Shown here one piece after another: positions 1-10,355 of a stretch of DNA of 64,000 bases. Made by a program: the position numbers and the translations under genes. Positions within the stretch are counted from its first letter, which is position 1; each line of letters opens with the position of its first letter. The notes below the pieces were generated by a model. The model was not told where the DNA came from, made no database searches, and worked only from the letters and a program-made list of their open reading frames with translations. Where the stretch lies: the sequence record MK568540.2, one strand, 5' to 3'.

Positions 1-3000
1 TCGATAGCTGAATACTCATCTAAAGCAATCACACGATCATTAGCCCAGTAGTTGTTGTAGTCGATGATTGTAATACCCTGTGTATTAGTCAATCGATCTT
101 GAATCGCATGATCAAGCGGGTCTTCTAGTGCTAACGGGTGTGGCTTCAATTGAAGTTCACCGAACGAGTTGTAAATTCTATCGTCGTTACCATCAAGCAA
201 TGAAGTTTCTTCAGTGAAGTTATTCCCTATACCGTTGTCATAGCGAATCAATCTGTATGAATCTACAATCGTTTCGTGGTGGTTGACTGAGATACCGTGA
301 TTGATCAATACTGTCAGCAACGTAATACCTAAGAACCCAAACCCAATTGGGTGTACAAATCGAATTACATCATCTTTGTACTGACTAAGCTGAATCTCAG
401 AACGAATCTTCATAACGTAGTATGATTTGCTTCGATCAAGAAATTCATTTGAATCGTAGTCGATTCGTTCACCTTGTACGCGAGTAATCGCAGTTGCAGT
501 GAATTCCAGACCGTCGATTTCTAACGTGTCGCCGATGTTCAACTCACCGATTAAGTTGTTCAAAGTCAATTTCCAGTAACGTTTACCTTCAATGTAATGA
601 CGGTCAACATATGTCACGTCTGCGTTGCCTGTCTCTGAATAAATTCTACGACCTACCACATCATCGGTTACGTCATTTGAGTTAACAACGATTGAATATT
701 CAAACGTGTTAAGCGATTCTATTTCAACTTCAACATCTTCGTTGTACAGTAACTTGAACAAGAACTTGTATGAGTCTAAAATACCTTTAGTGCTGTAAAA
801 ATCTGCACGTCGTGCCAAGAAAAATTTAACAACTGCATCACGTTTCTCTGGCTCTAGAATACGATTTCGCTCGTATACTAATTTGTGTAGATACTCAGTG
901 TAATGGTCGTCAAGTGGGTTTTTGCTGTTAAGCAAGTTATACACGTTATTATAAGCCGTACCATCACCTTTACTGATGAAATCTAAGTAGTGCTTTGCAA
1001 AACTCTTGTAAAACCCGTCTGCATCGAGATAATTCTCTGGCATCATCTTGTAAATCAATGGTGTCAGAGTCGGGTCGAGCATACTTGTTGGGTCTTCTTC
1101 AGGCGGCTCGATAATTACTGGAGAATAATTAGACAAACTAGCCGTGATTACACGACGCTCAGGCGACCAGCGAATTGGCGCTGTGATATCAACGCGGTAT
1201 GGAAACTTGTAGTAACCTATTACCTTGTTGTCGTTCGCGCTGTGAATGATCGCACCTGCTGCATAACCATTAAACCCGAAAATCGATAGATTAGGAGCTT
1301 CCAGTTTGTATTCACCTTCGTCAAATGTCTCTTTCCATTTATATTCGTCTAGATCTTCAAAATCGCTTCTGAAAATTGACTCTTTCTTGTAGTACATGAT
1401 TTCATTTGCCCAAGATTTCCAATCACGTGTTTCAGCACGCTGCATCCAGTTGAAATGCGCGGATCCGTAATAATCTTGCGGCTTGTAGTACCAATCATCA
1501 CCGTCTTTCGTCGCGATAATCTGTGTCATCGGCTTAACGTATGTTGTAAAGAACGGTTTAGTGAACATACGAACAGCTTCGTCAACTTCATCGTTGTCTG
1601 AAACTAGATACGGGTCATCTATTGTACCGTAGTTATCACCCGCAGTTGAGTGGAAATTACCAGGTGCACCGCTAGACTCTTGACGATTGTCGTAAGCTGG
1701 GTTGCCTTCTTCACCGTAGTTCTTTGTTAGATCGTGACCTACAATCAAATGAGTGTTGTCACGTGAAATAACTGAACGTTCGTTTAGAAGTTCGCGTTCT
1801 TCTTCAATGTTTCCGTATACACGTTCCCATGTCAAGCCAGTGTAACCAATAACGATACCATCTCTCAATGTCGCTGTGCGATTTAGTCGATAAACACCGC
1901 GAATCTCATTCGGGTCAGATGTACCGATTCGTTTACCGTTCTCGTCATGCTCCCACTCACCTATGACTAGCGCGAACATATTTCCGTCTTGATAATCGAG
2001 ACCTTGCTCTGGGTCGTCGAAGTACTGAATTTTCTTAACACACACATCTGCTGTGTTTTCATCAAAATTAGGTCGACTCGCGTCGTTTTTCACAATCTTA
2101 TCTTCAAAGTAAACAGGTTCGTTGTTTAATTCGCCCGTTGTTTCGAAAATACGTTCGCCATATAGTTCTGATAATACGTTATCGAAAATTCGCGGGATTC
2201 TGTTGTTATGCCACACGTAGGTGTTTGCGTATGTTACAACGGACATTACATCATCAACGCCGAAAGCGTCTGCTTTGTTACGCACTTGTGGTGGTAATAT
2301 AGCCAAATCTTTGAAACGCTCAACATCGAACCCAAACCCTAAGTCGAAGTCTAGTTTATCGAACGTCAAATCAACCGATGCATGTGAATATTCAAGCCCA
2401 TTATCGTGCGAGTAATCAACGTCATTCGATTGTACGCCTTGAATAAGGTAATCATACCCTAGTAGGTAACTAAATGCGTTAGACTGCTTACAGATGCAAT
2501 CATAGACTGGGTTCCCTAGTCTTGAGTTCGTTGCTTTATATGTCTGCCATGTTCTACCGCCGTCGTTAGACACTTTACAAACTTGTTGCCAGCGTTCGAA
2601 CGCATATATAACATCGTCTATAACAACAGGGATTACGCGATCAACGTTCTGACATACAGTTGGGACTTTGCCATAATTTGCACTAAAACCGGGATTTGTA
2701 ACAAACCAATATGCCGCTGATTCGACGTTAAACATATTAGGGTCAAATTCAAAACCTGGTCGCACTAGGGTAGCTTGTAGGTTGTTGCGACTGTTTAGGT
2801 ATTGGTCGTTGTCGTTATTCAAACGCTCTTCAATGAATGAAGATGCGGGAATGAATTCGTCTTGAGTCGTGATGTCGTAATCGTTTGTGTCCGACGTATA
2901 CCCGATATCAGATGTAACCCACTCACTCGGTTCAAAACCCTTGTAAACAGAACGAATTCTCCATTGATAATAACGAACAGAACTGTTAATATTCGTAAAC

Positions 3001-3203
3001 AACCTCGTTTCGCTAGTAAACGGGTTAGGGTATAACGCTGTGAAACTTTGTGTTAGAAGAATTTCTGCACTAACAGCCGAACGAACATGAATCTCGTAGC
3101 GAAAGTTTTCGCCCACGGTTGACCATGAAAGTTCCGCATAGTTTCGCGTCAATTTGTCAATAGACACCCCCATAATCGGAGGTGCTTGTAATACGTTTGC
3201 CAT
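1..3203 (-). CDS. 7: Baseplate wedge subunit gp7 (partial; runs off the window start, so absent from the ORF track)
   Basis: ATG at 3203 overlaps the gp6 stop. N-terminus MANVLQAPPIMGVSIDKLTRNYAELSWSTVGENFRY resembles T4 gp7; synteny with gp6. Confidence 0.85.
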   Translation of the reverse strand, partial: MANVLQAPPIMGVSIDKLTRNYAELSWSTVGENFRYEIHVRSAVSAEILLTQSFTALYPNPFTSETRLFTNINSSVRYYQWRIRSVYKGFEPSEWVTSDIGYTSDTNDYDITTQDEFIPASSFIEERLNNDNDQYLNSRNNLQATLVRPGFEFDPNMFNVESAAYWFVTNPGFSANYGKVPTVCQNVDRVIPVVIDDVIYAFERWQQVCKVSNDGGRTWQTYKATNSRLGNPVYDCICKQSNAFSYLLGYDYLIQGVQSNDVDYSHDNGLEYSHASVDLTFDKLDFDLGFGFDVERFKDLAILPPQVRNKADAFGVDDVMSVVTYANTYVWHNNRIPRIFDNVLSELYGERIFETTGELNNEPVYFEDKIVKNDASRPNFDENTADVCVKKIQYFDDPEQGLDYQDGNMFALVIGEWEHDENGKRIGTSDPNEIRGVYRLNRTATLRDGIVIGYTGLTWERVYGNIEEERELLNERSVISRDNTHLIVGHDLTKNYGEEGNPAYDNRQESSGAPGNFHSTAGDNYGTIDDPYLVSDNDEVDEAVRMFTKPFFTTYVKPMTQIIATKDGDDWYYKPQDYYGSAHFNWMQRAETRDWKSWANEIMYYKKESIFRSDFEDLDEYKWKETFDEGEYKLEAPNLSIFGFNGYAAGAIIHSANDNKVIGYYKFPYRVDITAPIRWSPERRVITASLSNYSPVIIEPPEEDPTSMLDPTLTPLIYKMMPENYLDADGFYKSFAKHYLDFISKGDGTAYNNVYNLLNSKNPLDDHYTEYLHKLVYERNRILEPEKRDAVVKFFLARRADFYSTKGILDSYKFLFKLLYNEDVEVEIESLNTFEYSIVVNSNDVTDDVVGRRIYSETGNADVTYVDRHYIEGKRYWKLTLNNLIGELNIGDTLEIDGLEFTATAITRVQGERIDYDSNEFLDRSKSYYVMKIRSEIQLSQYKDDVIRFVHPIGFGFLGITLLTVLINHGISVNHHETIVDSYRLIRYDNGIGNNFTEETSLLDGNDDRIYNSFGELQLKPHPLALEDPLDHAIQDRLTNTQGITIIDYNNYWANDRVIALDEYSAI

Positions 3204-5161
3204 TAAGAAATACCCTCAAGAACGATATCCGTGTATTGAGGACGAAGCTCGTTCTCATATACGATCAAGCTACCGTCATCTGTGTATATATTAGATCGTG
3301 TAGGCGAAGCTGATACAATCAAATTACCAGTCACATCCCAATCTGCTGAGTTTATCCCCAAGTTGATGAAATCATAGTCCATCATACCTGATGCGTAGTT
3401 GATAGTACCAATTCGGTAGTATAAGCTGCGCGAGCCGATTACTTCACGATCAAAGTCGTTATCAGTATAAGCACCCGTAGGCAAGCCAGTTTCTGGGTCT
3501 AGCGGGTTTGTAATATCACCGGGTGCAAATGGACCCAATAACATCGTACCGATATCTTCTTCGGTCGGTGCAGTTCGTGCGGCTGTCGTTCTGATCTGCA
3601 CGTCATACCCGCCCGGTGTGAACATGATATCTTCTGATTTTACAGAACGCTCAGTAATCGGGTTTAAGAAACTATAGCCACTCATAGGCGTTTGAGCGAA
3701 ATTCGCTAATTCACGAATTAAGCTAATGTCACATCTAGAACCTAGAATTGACGGGTGAGCTTCATCAACATAGCTCAACATCTTAGAAACATGGAACGAT
3801 GCATTGAAGATCTCAACATCATTGTAGTAATAATCTGAAATCGCATTGATGATTTGAGCTTTCAAATAATCAGCACCTTCAGCCAATGAACCTGTACGGT
3901 AGTTGATTCTCAGATTATGTTTTACATACAAGTAATCTGGGTCAACGACTTTAGGTGTCACTGTAACGATATTGAATTCTTTCAAATATTCTTCGATGTC
4001 TTGTCGCGCTACTTGTGGTAGTGTCAACCCGCTCTTCGGCTTAATCGAGATAAACACATAACCTGGCTTATCTGAGCTTCCGAACGCCTGAACAGACTGA
4101 ACGATGTTACCGAACTTCTGAGAAACAAATGTTTCATAGTCAAGTTTAGTAACACAACGACGCTGCGACTCTCTGAAAATAGGGGCTAGTTCGCGAATAC
4201 GCTCCGTGCCTTCAGCATAACCACCACCAATCGAACCAACAAAGTTTTCATCGTTATTCGGGTTATCGTCGATGTTTTTATCATCTAACTGGAAGTTAGG
4301 AATGTCATCTGCCCATGTGAATCGTTTTGAGCCGTTAGCAACTGGTCCCTGTGTTTTCACATATTGAACACGAATGCGCTGACCTTCGATTGGACGCAGA
4401 CCGCCGATATAACCCGGGTCGTAAGCACCACCACTTTCTACAAAGTCAGTTAGTTCGCCTTCACCGAAGTAAACCTCAGTGTAACCATCTACAGTTTCAC
4501 GCAGATAGAATACGTTTGAACCGCCTGTTACATTGACTATCGATTTGTCTGTCCAGTTAGTCCATTCCGTGTTATCAACGAACACACGCACATAGTTTCG
4601 ATCTAAATCTGGGTCTTTGATCGTAATCGATTCGGTTTCACTAAATAGCGCCTCATATCGACCTAAAGTGCCTTGAACGAGGTCTATCTGGTCTTGATAT
4701 ACAAGCGGGCTTTGTGGGTCTAATGGGTCCTGCTTTGCACCGATTAGAATGTGAGGTTCCCACACGATGTAGCTGTAGTAATCAACCCCATCAACGTCAG
4801 CACTGAAACGAGTACCCGTACCTAGCGTAATTTCAACTGGGTTTTCAGCGTGATACGCTTTGATACCGATTGTATGTGTTGCTGCCGATAAAGAACTAGG
4901 CGCGTAACCCATATCTTGAGCGTGCTGAACTACACTGCTGTGTTTTTGAGCAGTGCGAATAAAACTCTCGAACAATGCTGCATTCGAGTAGTGCTGCATG
5001 TACATTGTGCTGTATGCAAGCAAATCTGTTAGTACGTTCAGACGACTTCCCTTGAAGTCATAATCCTTGAACTCGTCTTGACCTTTCAGATATTGAATAA
5101 GATCTTGCTTGATTGTCTCAAACGAGCCAGAACTAACAGGCAAATTCGAGTTAGTTGTCAT
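3203..5161 (-). CDS. 6: Baseplate wedge subunit gp6
   Basis: 652 aa; FKDYDFKGSRLNVLTDLLAY and RELAPIFRESQRRCVTKLDY motifs typical of gp6. Confidence 0.95.
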   Translation of the reverse strand: MTTNSNLPVSSGSFETIKQDLIQYLKGQDEFKDYDFKGSRLNVLTDLLAYSTMYMQHYSNAALFESFIRTAQKHSSVVQHAQDMGYAPSSLSAATHTIGIKAYHAENPVEITLGTGTRFSADVDGVDYYSYIVWEPHILIGAKQDPLDPQSPLVYQDQIDLVQGTLGRYEALFSETESITIKDPDLDRNYVRVFVDNTEWTNWTDKSIVNVTGGSNVFYLRETVDGYTEVYFGEGELTDFVESGGAYDPGYIGGLRPIEGQRIRVQYVKTQGPVANGSKRFTWADDIPNFQLDDKNIDDNPNNDENFVGSIGGGYAEGTERIRELAPIFRESQRRCVTKLDYETFVSQKFGNIVQSVQAFGSSDKPGYVFISIKPKSGLTLPQVARQDIEEYLKEFNIVTVTPKVVDPDYLYVKHNLRINYRTGSLAEGADYLKAQIINAISDYYYNDVEIFNASFHVSKMLSYVDEAHPSILGSRCDISLIRELANFAQTPMSGYSFLNPITERSVKSEDIMFTPGGYDVQIRTTAARTAPTEEDIGTMLLGPFAPGDITNPLDPETGLPTGAYTDNDFDREVIGSRSLYYRIGTINYASGMMDYDFINLGINSADWDVTGNLIVSASPTRSNIYTDDGSLIVYENELRPQYTDIVLEGIS

Positions 5162-5246
5162 GTTATTCCCCTGTTGGTAAAATTATGTAAATTTCGTTTC
5201 TTATATTTAATATACAAAAAAGCCCACTCAATGAGCGGGCTATCGT

Positions 5247-5666
5247 TTATAGACGATTTACTAGTCTAGTTGACAAGGCAAACAATCTATCGAAGTTAGT
5301 TTTTAAGTGATACTGTATAGACACGTCATACGTGTTTTCATCATATACAGGGATGACATCAATTCGCTGAATAGCAACACGAGGTTCCCATCTTGAAATT
5401 GCGTTTTCAATACTATATTTGATTGAGAACGCGCTTGCTGGAGAAATATTCTCAAACAATTGATTGTTAATGTCACAGCCGAATTCAGGGTTGAACGGTC
5501 GTTCTCCCTTATTCGTACTCACGATACCTACGATAGATTCTTGTATTGCTTTTAAGTCATACGATGCGCTCAAGTCATTGTTTACAACACTTTTATTAAA
5601 GTTTGCAGGGATGTCACTGAAATAGAAACTCCCTGGCTTTAACGTGTTCAACTCTGCAATTGCCAT
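5247..5666 (-). CDS. 25: Baseplate wedge protein gp25
   Basis: 139 aa; KGERPFNPEFGC motif and WEPRV. Confidence 0.92.
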   Translation of the reverse strand: MAIAELNTLKPGSFYFSDIPANFNKSVVNNDLSASYDLKAIQESIVGIVSTNKGERPFNPEFGCDINNQLFENISPASAFSIKYSIENAISRWEPRVAIQRIDVIPVYDENTYDVSIQYHLKTNFDRLFALSTRLVNRL

Positions 5667-5689
5667 AGTTTTTTCTCCGATTTTAAATT

Positions 5690-5697
5690 TATTTATA
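5690..5697 (-). promoter_or_regulatory. T4-type late promoter TATAAATA
   Basis: Exact TATAAATA on the minus strand upstream of gp25. Confidence 0.75.
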
Positions 5698-5705
5698 GAA
5701 AAGTG

Positions 5706-5734
5706 TTGACAGGCATATCTTATTTACCTATTAT
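5706..5734 (+). promoter_or_regulatory. Early (sigma70-like) promoter
   Basis: AAAAGTG-TTGACA-N17-TATTAT. Confidence 0.75.
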
Positions 5735-5808
5735 GTACTCCTCAGCGCAACGAAGCGCACAAACAAAATAGATTGTGATATTAACTTCATTAACTAAGAG
5801 AGCAAAAC

Positions 5809-6684
5809 ATGTTTAAGAAACTTGCAAAACTATTATCAGTATCTGCGCTAGGTCTAGCACTTGTAGGCTGTGGCACACCTGCTGAAATCCCAACGGGTTT
5901 CGTCGGTAAGATTCAAACGCCTAATGGCTTCAATTTAGAAGCAGAGCCGCGACAACCGTCTAAATTTCGTCTCGATTGGGCATGGCGCTACCCAGATCGT
6001 CTAGTACTTCTTGACGTATCTGACAGCTTCTACCAAATGAACTTCAACACGTTCATGCCAAAAGATGAGCTTATGCTTGCTTACTCAGTCGAAATGACAA
6101 TGGCGATTGACCCTGCGAAGTACAACTTCGTATTCGCTAAAGTACCGTTCCGAGCACAGACAGATCAGCTTGGTGTAATTGATCAGAAAGACGTGTTTAA
6201 ACGTTATGCGAAAGCTAAACTGAATACGATTGTACCTAGTATTGTAGCTGAATACAGCATCAAACAGGTTGCGTCTGAACGTCAAAAACTGAACTCGTTC
6301 GTTCTTAATCGCTTGAATCAAGAGCTGAAAGATACGCCGTTCGTTCTTAAAGTCGTAGGTGTTACTAACGTAGATTACCCTAAGACAATCACAGACGCAC
6401 AAATCAAATCTGCTGAACGTCGTCAAGAAGAAGACACAGTTAAAGCACAACGTAAGCTAGACTTGCTACAAATCACAACTCGTGAAGAAGTGTCAAAGCG
6501 TCAGCGTGAAATCGAACTGTACGAAGCTGAAACTAAAAAGCTAGTAGCTGACAAGCTGATGAACTCTAACGTTCGATTCATCGAAGAGCAAAAAACTCTA
6601 CGTGAGCTTGCGAAGTCGAATAACAAAGTGTTCGTACCAACGAAAATGCTTGATGATATCGCAGTACAAACACCAATCAAATAA
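5809..6684 (+). CDS. SPFH/Band-7 (prohibitin-like) lipoprotein
   Basis: Lipobox LALVGC, SPFH-like core (LKVVGVTNVDYPKTITDA), C-terminal coiled coil. Confidence 0.75.
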   Translation: MFKKLAKLLSVSALGLALVGCGTPAEIPTGFVGKIQTPNGFNLEAEPRQPSKFRLDWAWRYPDRLVLLDVSDSFYQMNFNTFMPKDELMLAYSVEMTMAIDPAKYNFVFAKVPFRAQTDQLGVIDQKDVFKRYAKAKLNTIVPSIVAEYSIKQVASERQKLNSFVLNRLNQELKDTPFVLKVVGVTNVDYPKTITDAQIKSAERRQEEDTVKAQRKLDLLQITTREEVSKRQREIELYEAETKKLVADKLMNSNVRFIEEQKTLRELAKSNNKVFVPTKMLDDIAVQTPIK

Positions 6685-6733
6685 TAACCACAAAGGGCAG
6701 TGAAACACTGCCCTCTCTTAAAAAGGAAACGTA

Positions 6734-7093
6734 ATGGAATTTCTTCTACCTGTTTTGCCAATTATTGGCATGTTTGTAATCTTACTTCTAATTCTAGCAG
6801 TGTCTTTCTTCATGGCGAAGATTTTCAAGCTAGACATCAAACTACCTTACGGTAAAATCATCACTGCTGCGCTTCTACTTACAGTTGCTGCGAGTGGTTT
6901 TAAAATTGCAACATCGCCAATTACTCGTCCTACAATGAACGAAGCAGTCAACGACACAGCCAAGTACAAAGTAGACGAATTTACTGAGCTTGAAGCACCT
7001 GTACTTGAAGACAAGTCATTCAAGGCTGAAGATGTTGATGTTACTACGCTAGACAGCGAAGAGCGTATCAAAAATCACACTAAGAACTTGTAA
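6734..7093 (+). CDS. Two-TM membrane protein, unknown function
   Basis: Two hydrophobic N-terminal segments; SD AAGGA. Confidence 0.7.
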   Translation: MEFLLPVLPIIGMFVILLLILAVSFFMAKIFKLDIKLPYGKIITAALLLTVAASGFKIATSPITRPTMNEAVNDTAKYKVDEFTELEAPVLEDKSFKAEDVDVTTLDSEERIKNHTKNL

Positions 7094-7376
7094 CCTTCCC
7101 TGCGCCTCCTGCAACCGTATCGCCGCATGTTAACGTGTCACCGATACGGATTGCATTGCTCCCCTCGATAAACACTTTCGAACTGAACGATGCTGCGCTA
7201 CCTGCGTGGCAATCGTGGTTCGGAACTGTATTACAGTGCGTTACGTGAACTAAATTATCTTTAGACAACGCAGGTTTACCTTGTACTGTTACTTTCCCAC
7301 TCCCACCCGTTACTACTGTTGGCGGGTATGTCCCATGACCTGTTGTTGGTTCATCTGCACCTGCTAAAGCTGGCAT
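7080..7376 (-). CDS. 5.4: PAAR spike-tip protein gp5.4
   Basis: 98 aa; TTGHG..PPT, HC...H and AIRIGD.L.CGD pattern. Confidence 0.9.
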   Translation of the reverse strand: MPALAGADEPTTGHGTYPPTVVTGGSGKVTVQGKPALSKDNLVHVTHCNTVPNHDCHAGSAASFSSKVFIEGSNAIRIGDTLTCGDTVAGGAGKVTSS

Positions 7377-7861
7377 TAGTTACCTCCTGCTGCTATATAA
7401 TCTCTAAGTTGCTGCGCCCATGTATCCCACTTACCTTTAACGTTCTGAGTGAATGATTCAACGAGCTGGCGCTCTTCAATTACTCCCGGTACAAGCGGGT
7501 CTTCGTATTCGTAATCAACTGTAACTGTATATGTGTAGTCAGTTGATAACACGCTCGGCGCTTCGAATCTATACACGTGACCATGTTCAGGGTTGTTCGG
7601 TAGATCGCTAAATCTACTCACTTCATGATAGCTATTGTCTCGTGTATCTCTGTATTTCAGACTACTAGGTCCCAGATCAAACGAATCTTGATACTGACCG
7701 TAATATCTTGCGCCTGAGACATTAATACCCGCATTCGCTCGATGATCAGTTATTGATATCTGAACAAGTGTCTCACCTTCGTCCATAACCGCGGAGAACG
7801 TCACATCGACGTTCTCTCCTTCTGCAATGGTCGGTAAAGTGATTGGTGTAATACTAGCCAT
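7376..7861 (-). CDS. gp5.1-like protein
   Basis: Position between gp5 and gp5.4; ITPITLPTIAEGENVDVTF N-terminus. Confidence 0.6.
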   Translation of the reverse strand: MASITPITLPTIAEGENVDVTFSAVMDEGETLVQISITDHRANAGINVSGARYYGQYQDSFDLGPSSLKYRDTRDNSYHEVSRFSDLPNNPEHGHVYRFEAPSVLSTDYTYTVTVDYEYEDPLVPGVIEERQLVESFTQNVKGKWDTWAQQLRDYIAAGGN

Positions 7862-7865
7862 TCAA

Positions 7866-9083
7866 TTACCCTAGGCTCACTGTTGAACCGTCTAATGCCG
7901 CAGCTCCTGCGAGACTAAGCGTTGCGCCACCACCGTCATCACTAATTGATGACGCCGAACGTGTATAAGACGAACTAACGCTTTCTGACATCGAGCCACC
8001 GACTGTTATTGTGTAATTACCGCTGATATTCTGCGTGTAATCGCCCGTGACGTTACTTTGAACATTCCCGCCCACAGTTTGATTAACATTCCCGTCAACG
8101 TTCTGTGTGACGTTCTGATGCACTGTCTGACTAACATCTTTATCAACTGTTTGAGTAACATTCATTTCAACATGCTGATCAACATTACCCTTAACATGCT
8201 GCTTCAAATCACCATCAACTTGCTGCGTGACATTTTGCTGGCAATAGAACGTCGCGTCACCGACAACGGTTATATTCAAATTCCCTTTGATAAAGACATT
8301 CTGATCTTTTTGAACAATCTCAAAATCATCACCAACAATCTTTGTAACTTTACTACCGTCAGGGTGAATTTCTTCAAATGTTCCAGTTCGATGATACGTA
8401 TGTAAACGCTCTGCACCCTCTGTGTCATCAACCTCTCTGATGTGCCCAGATTCAGACTCGTGTACATGATTAAACGGGTACTGCGCTGCGTACGGCGTCT
8501 CTTTCTCGTTATAAACGGGACCGTTTTGATTATAACCCGCAATCGGAATGTCTTTCTCTTCGGCTGCGCGTTTACTAGAGATTATTTCATGTGGTCTATA
8601 CACATAAGGCGCATCGCCGCTATCAAAATCGCTCTGAGATTGATTTTCATCATACACATCGGGGTCTACATCGTTTCGAGCTAAACGGTTTGTATCGGGC
8701 TCATTAAGTTTATCAGCTAACGGGTATTTTTCGTTTGGGTCATTAAACCCCTTACTGCCGTTAGCTAATTCTTCAGGTATACCAGGCAAAACACCCATCG
8801 CAATTGCATCTTGATGCAACTTATCTCTGAAAAAGCCGAATACCCATGTACCTTCAACTACCCCTATTGGTGTATTACCAATCCCGTTCATCGCAGCGTT
8901 ATCAAGCGACTGCATAGGGTGAACCCAAAGAAGTTCTTCAGTTCGAATACCTTGATTTGAACTTTTCTTCTCGGGGTGAAACCCAATCATTCTGACTTTA
9001 ATTCTACCGAGTTTGAGTGGGTCGTTTGTTCTATCTTCAACAACACCAGTCCACCAATCAAACCCATCTAATCCCATAAACAT
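7866..9083 (-). CDS. 5: Baseplate central spike gp5 (OB fold plus beta-helix; no lysozyme domain apparent)
   Basis: WWTGVVEDRTNDPLKLGRIKVR, YPFNHVHESESGH, VxGxxxxx beta-helix repeats. Confidence 0.92.
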   Translation of the reverse strand: MFMGLDGFDWWTGVVEDRTNDPLKLGRIKVRMIGFHPEKKSSNQGIRTEELLWVHPMQSLDNAAMNGIGNTPIGVVEGTWVFGFFRDKLHQDAIAMGVLPGIPEELANGSKGFNDPNEKYPLADKLNEPDTNRLARNDVDPDVYDENQSQSDFDSGDAPYVYRPHEIISSKRAAEEKDIPIAGYNQNGPVYNEKETPYAAQYPFNHVHESESGHIREVDDTEGAERLHTYHRTGTFEEIHPDGSKVTKIVGDDFEIVQKDQNVFIKGNLNITVVGDATFYCQQNVTQQVDGDLKQHVKGNVDQHVEMNVTQTVDKDVSQTVHQNVTQNVDGNVNQTVGGNVQSNVTGDYTQNISGNYTITVGGSMSESVSSSYTRSASSISDDGGGATLSLAGAAALDGSTVSLG

Positions 9084-10354
9084 TATTTCTTGCTCCCCGC
9101 AACTGCTACATTCATCGACGAATCACTTGATAATTCAAGCGTAGTAATGAATGAATTAGGCTCAACGCGATGCTTCAATTCATGAACAATCCATTTCCCT
9201 GACACATCAAGACTCGAATGGTTGTCACCAGTTACTGCGTGATAGTCAAGAAACACAACATCACCAACTGTAATGTTCGTATTACCTGGTATTTCTACAA
9301 GTATCTGTTTTGCATTCAAGTACGTTTCTTCCATTAATGAAACGCCATGAACAGACCCCAAAGGGTGTTTATTGTCATGCTCGTAAAAGCCGTCGTTTGA
9401 TATCAATTGAATGCTATTCAACGGTTGTTCGGTTACTGGAACTTCACTAGGAAATTCTGATTCGCTCGTGTACATATGAGCTTTGTCATTTAAAATCCCA
9501 ACCTTTTCAATATAATCACCACGACGAACATCTTTAGTCGTCAACTTTTTGCGAATTAAACTATGAGAATATGTTCTAGAACCGAATAAACCACTAGAAA
9601 TCTCATGCATATTAGACTGTTCTTTCACCACAACGCGCAATGCTGTGATTGTTTTACCGCGACCAGATGTCCATTTACCGTCACCTGTATCAGCACCTTT
9701 ACGAATTATATAATCGTAATCTTTGTTTCTGATCGTACCAAGAGACGTGAATTTAACCGAGTCCCGATCTTCGTAAAACATGAACTTACAACTGTTATTC
9801 ACGTCAGTACTTGCATGGTCTACAAGACTGCTGATGATGTCGTAAGGTTTACCGATCTGCGTCACGTAATCACGTTGATAAAGAGAAGATTCAATTTCAT
9901 ACACGGGCTTCTCATCACCCAAATTGTCTAAAATCGTTTTGATTATGTTCGATATACTAGTTTTCTTGAACACATACGGGCGTTTAACGTAATCATTCAA
10001 TGTCAATAGATTATTAGTAAAACGAACAATTATAGTTTCGAAACCACCAGTCGTTGACGGCATTCTTGATATGCCAGTAGCACGAAACGTTTTTCGATAT
10101 ACCTTATTTGCTTGCTCCCCGACATATGAAGCAAAATCAACATCGATAGCTTCAAACCCCGTCATTCGAACAGTGTCTACGATTCCGACTGAATCTGTGA
10201 ACATGAACATGCCCGAAACTAACCCGTCAAGCGACTCATAAATTTCCATGTGTGTGATTTCATTTTCAACAGCCGAGGCGAAATCAACACCACGAATGTG
10301 AATTTTGCTAACCACAAAGTTCTCAATTGGGTTAGCGGAGCGCATTTCAAACAT
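9083..10354 (-). CDS. Baseplate hub protein (gp27-like)
   Basis: 423 aa; hub-type motifs (IYESL, FMFYEDR, PGNTNITVGDVV, SGKWIV); adjacent to gp5. Confidence 0.6.
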   Translation of the reverse strand: MFEMRSANPIENFVVSKIHIRGVDFASAVENEITHMEIYESLDGLVSGMFMFTDSVGIVDTVRMTGFEAIDVDFASYVGEQANKVYRKTFRATGISRMPSTTGGFETIIVRFTNNLLTLNDYVKRPYVFKKTSISNIIKTILDNLGDEKPVYEIESSLYQRDYVTQIGKPYDIISSLVDHASTDVNNSCKFMFYEDRDSVKFTSLGTIRNKDYDYIIRKGADTGDGKWTSGRGKTITALRVVVKEQSNMHEISSGLFGSRTYSHSLIRKKLTTKDVRRGDYIEKVGILNDKAHMYTSESEFPSEVPVTEQPLNSIQLISNDGFYEHDNKHPLGSVHGVSLMEETYLNAKQILVEIPGNTNITVGDVVFLDYHAVTGDNHSSLDVSGKWIVHELKHRVEPNSFITTLELSSDSSMNVAVAGSKK

Positions 10355-10355
10355 G

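Noticed and set aside
990-2415. Plus-strand ORFs 990-1289 and 2221-2415, and similar short antisense ORFs throughout
   Set aside because: They are shadow frames of long minus-strand genes (here gp7).
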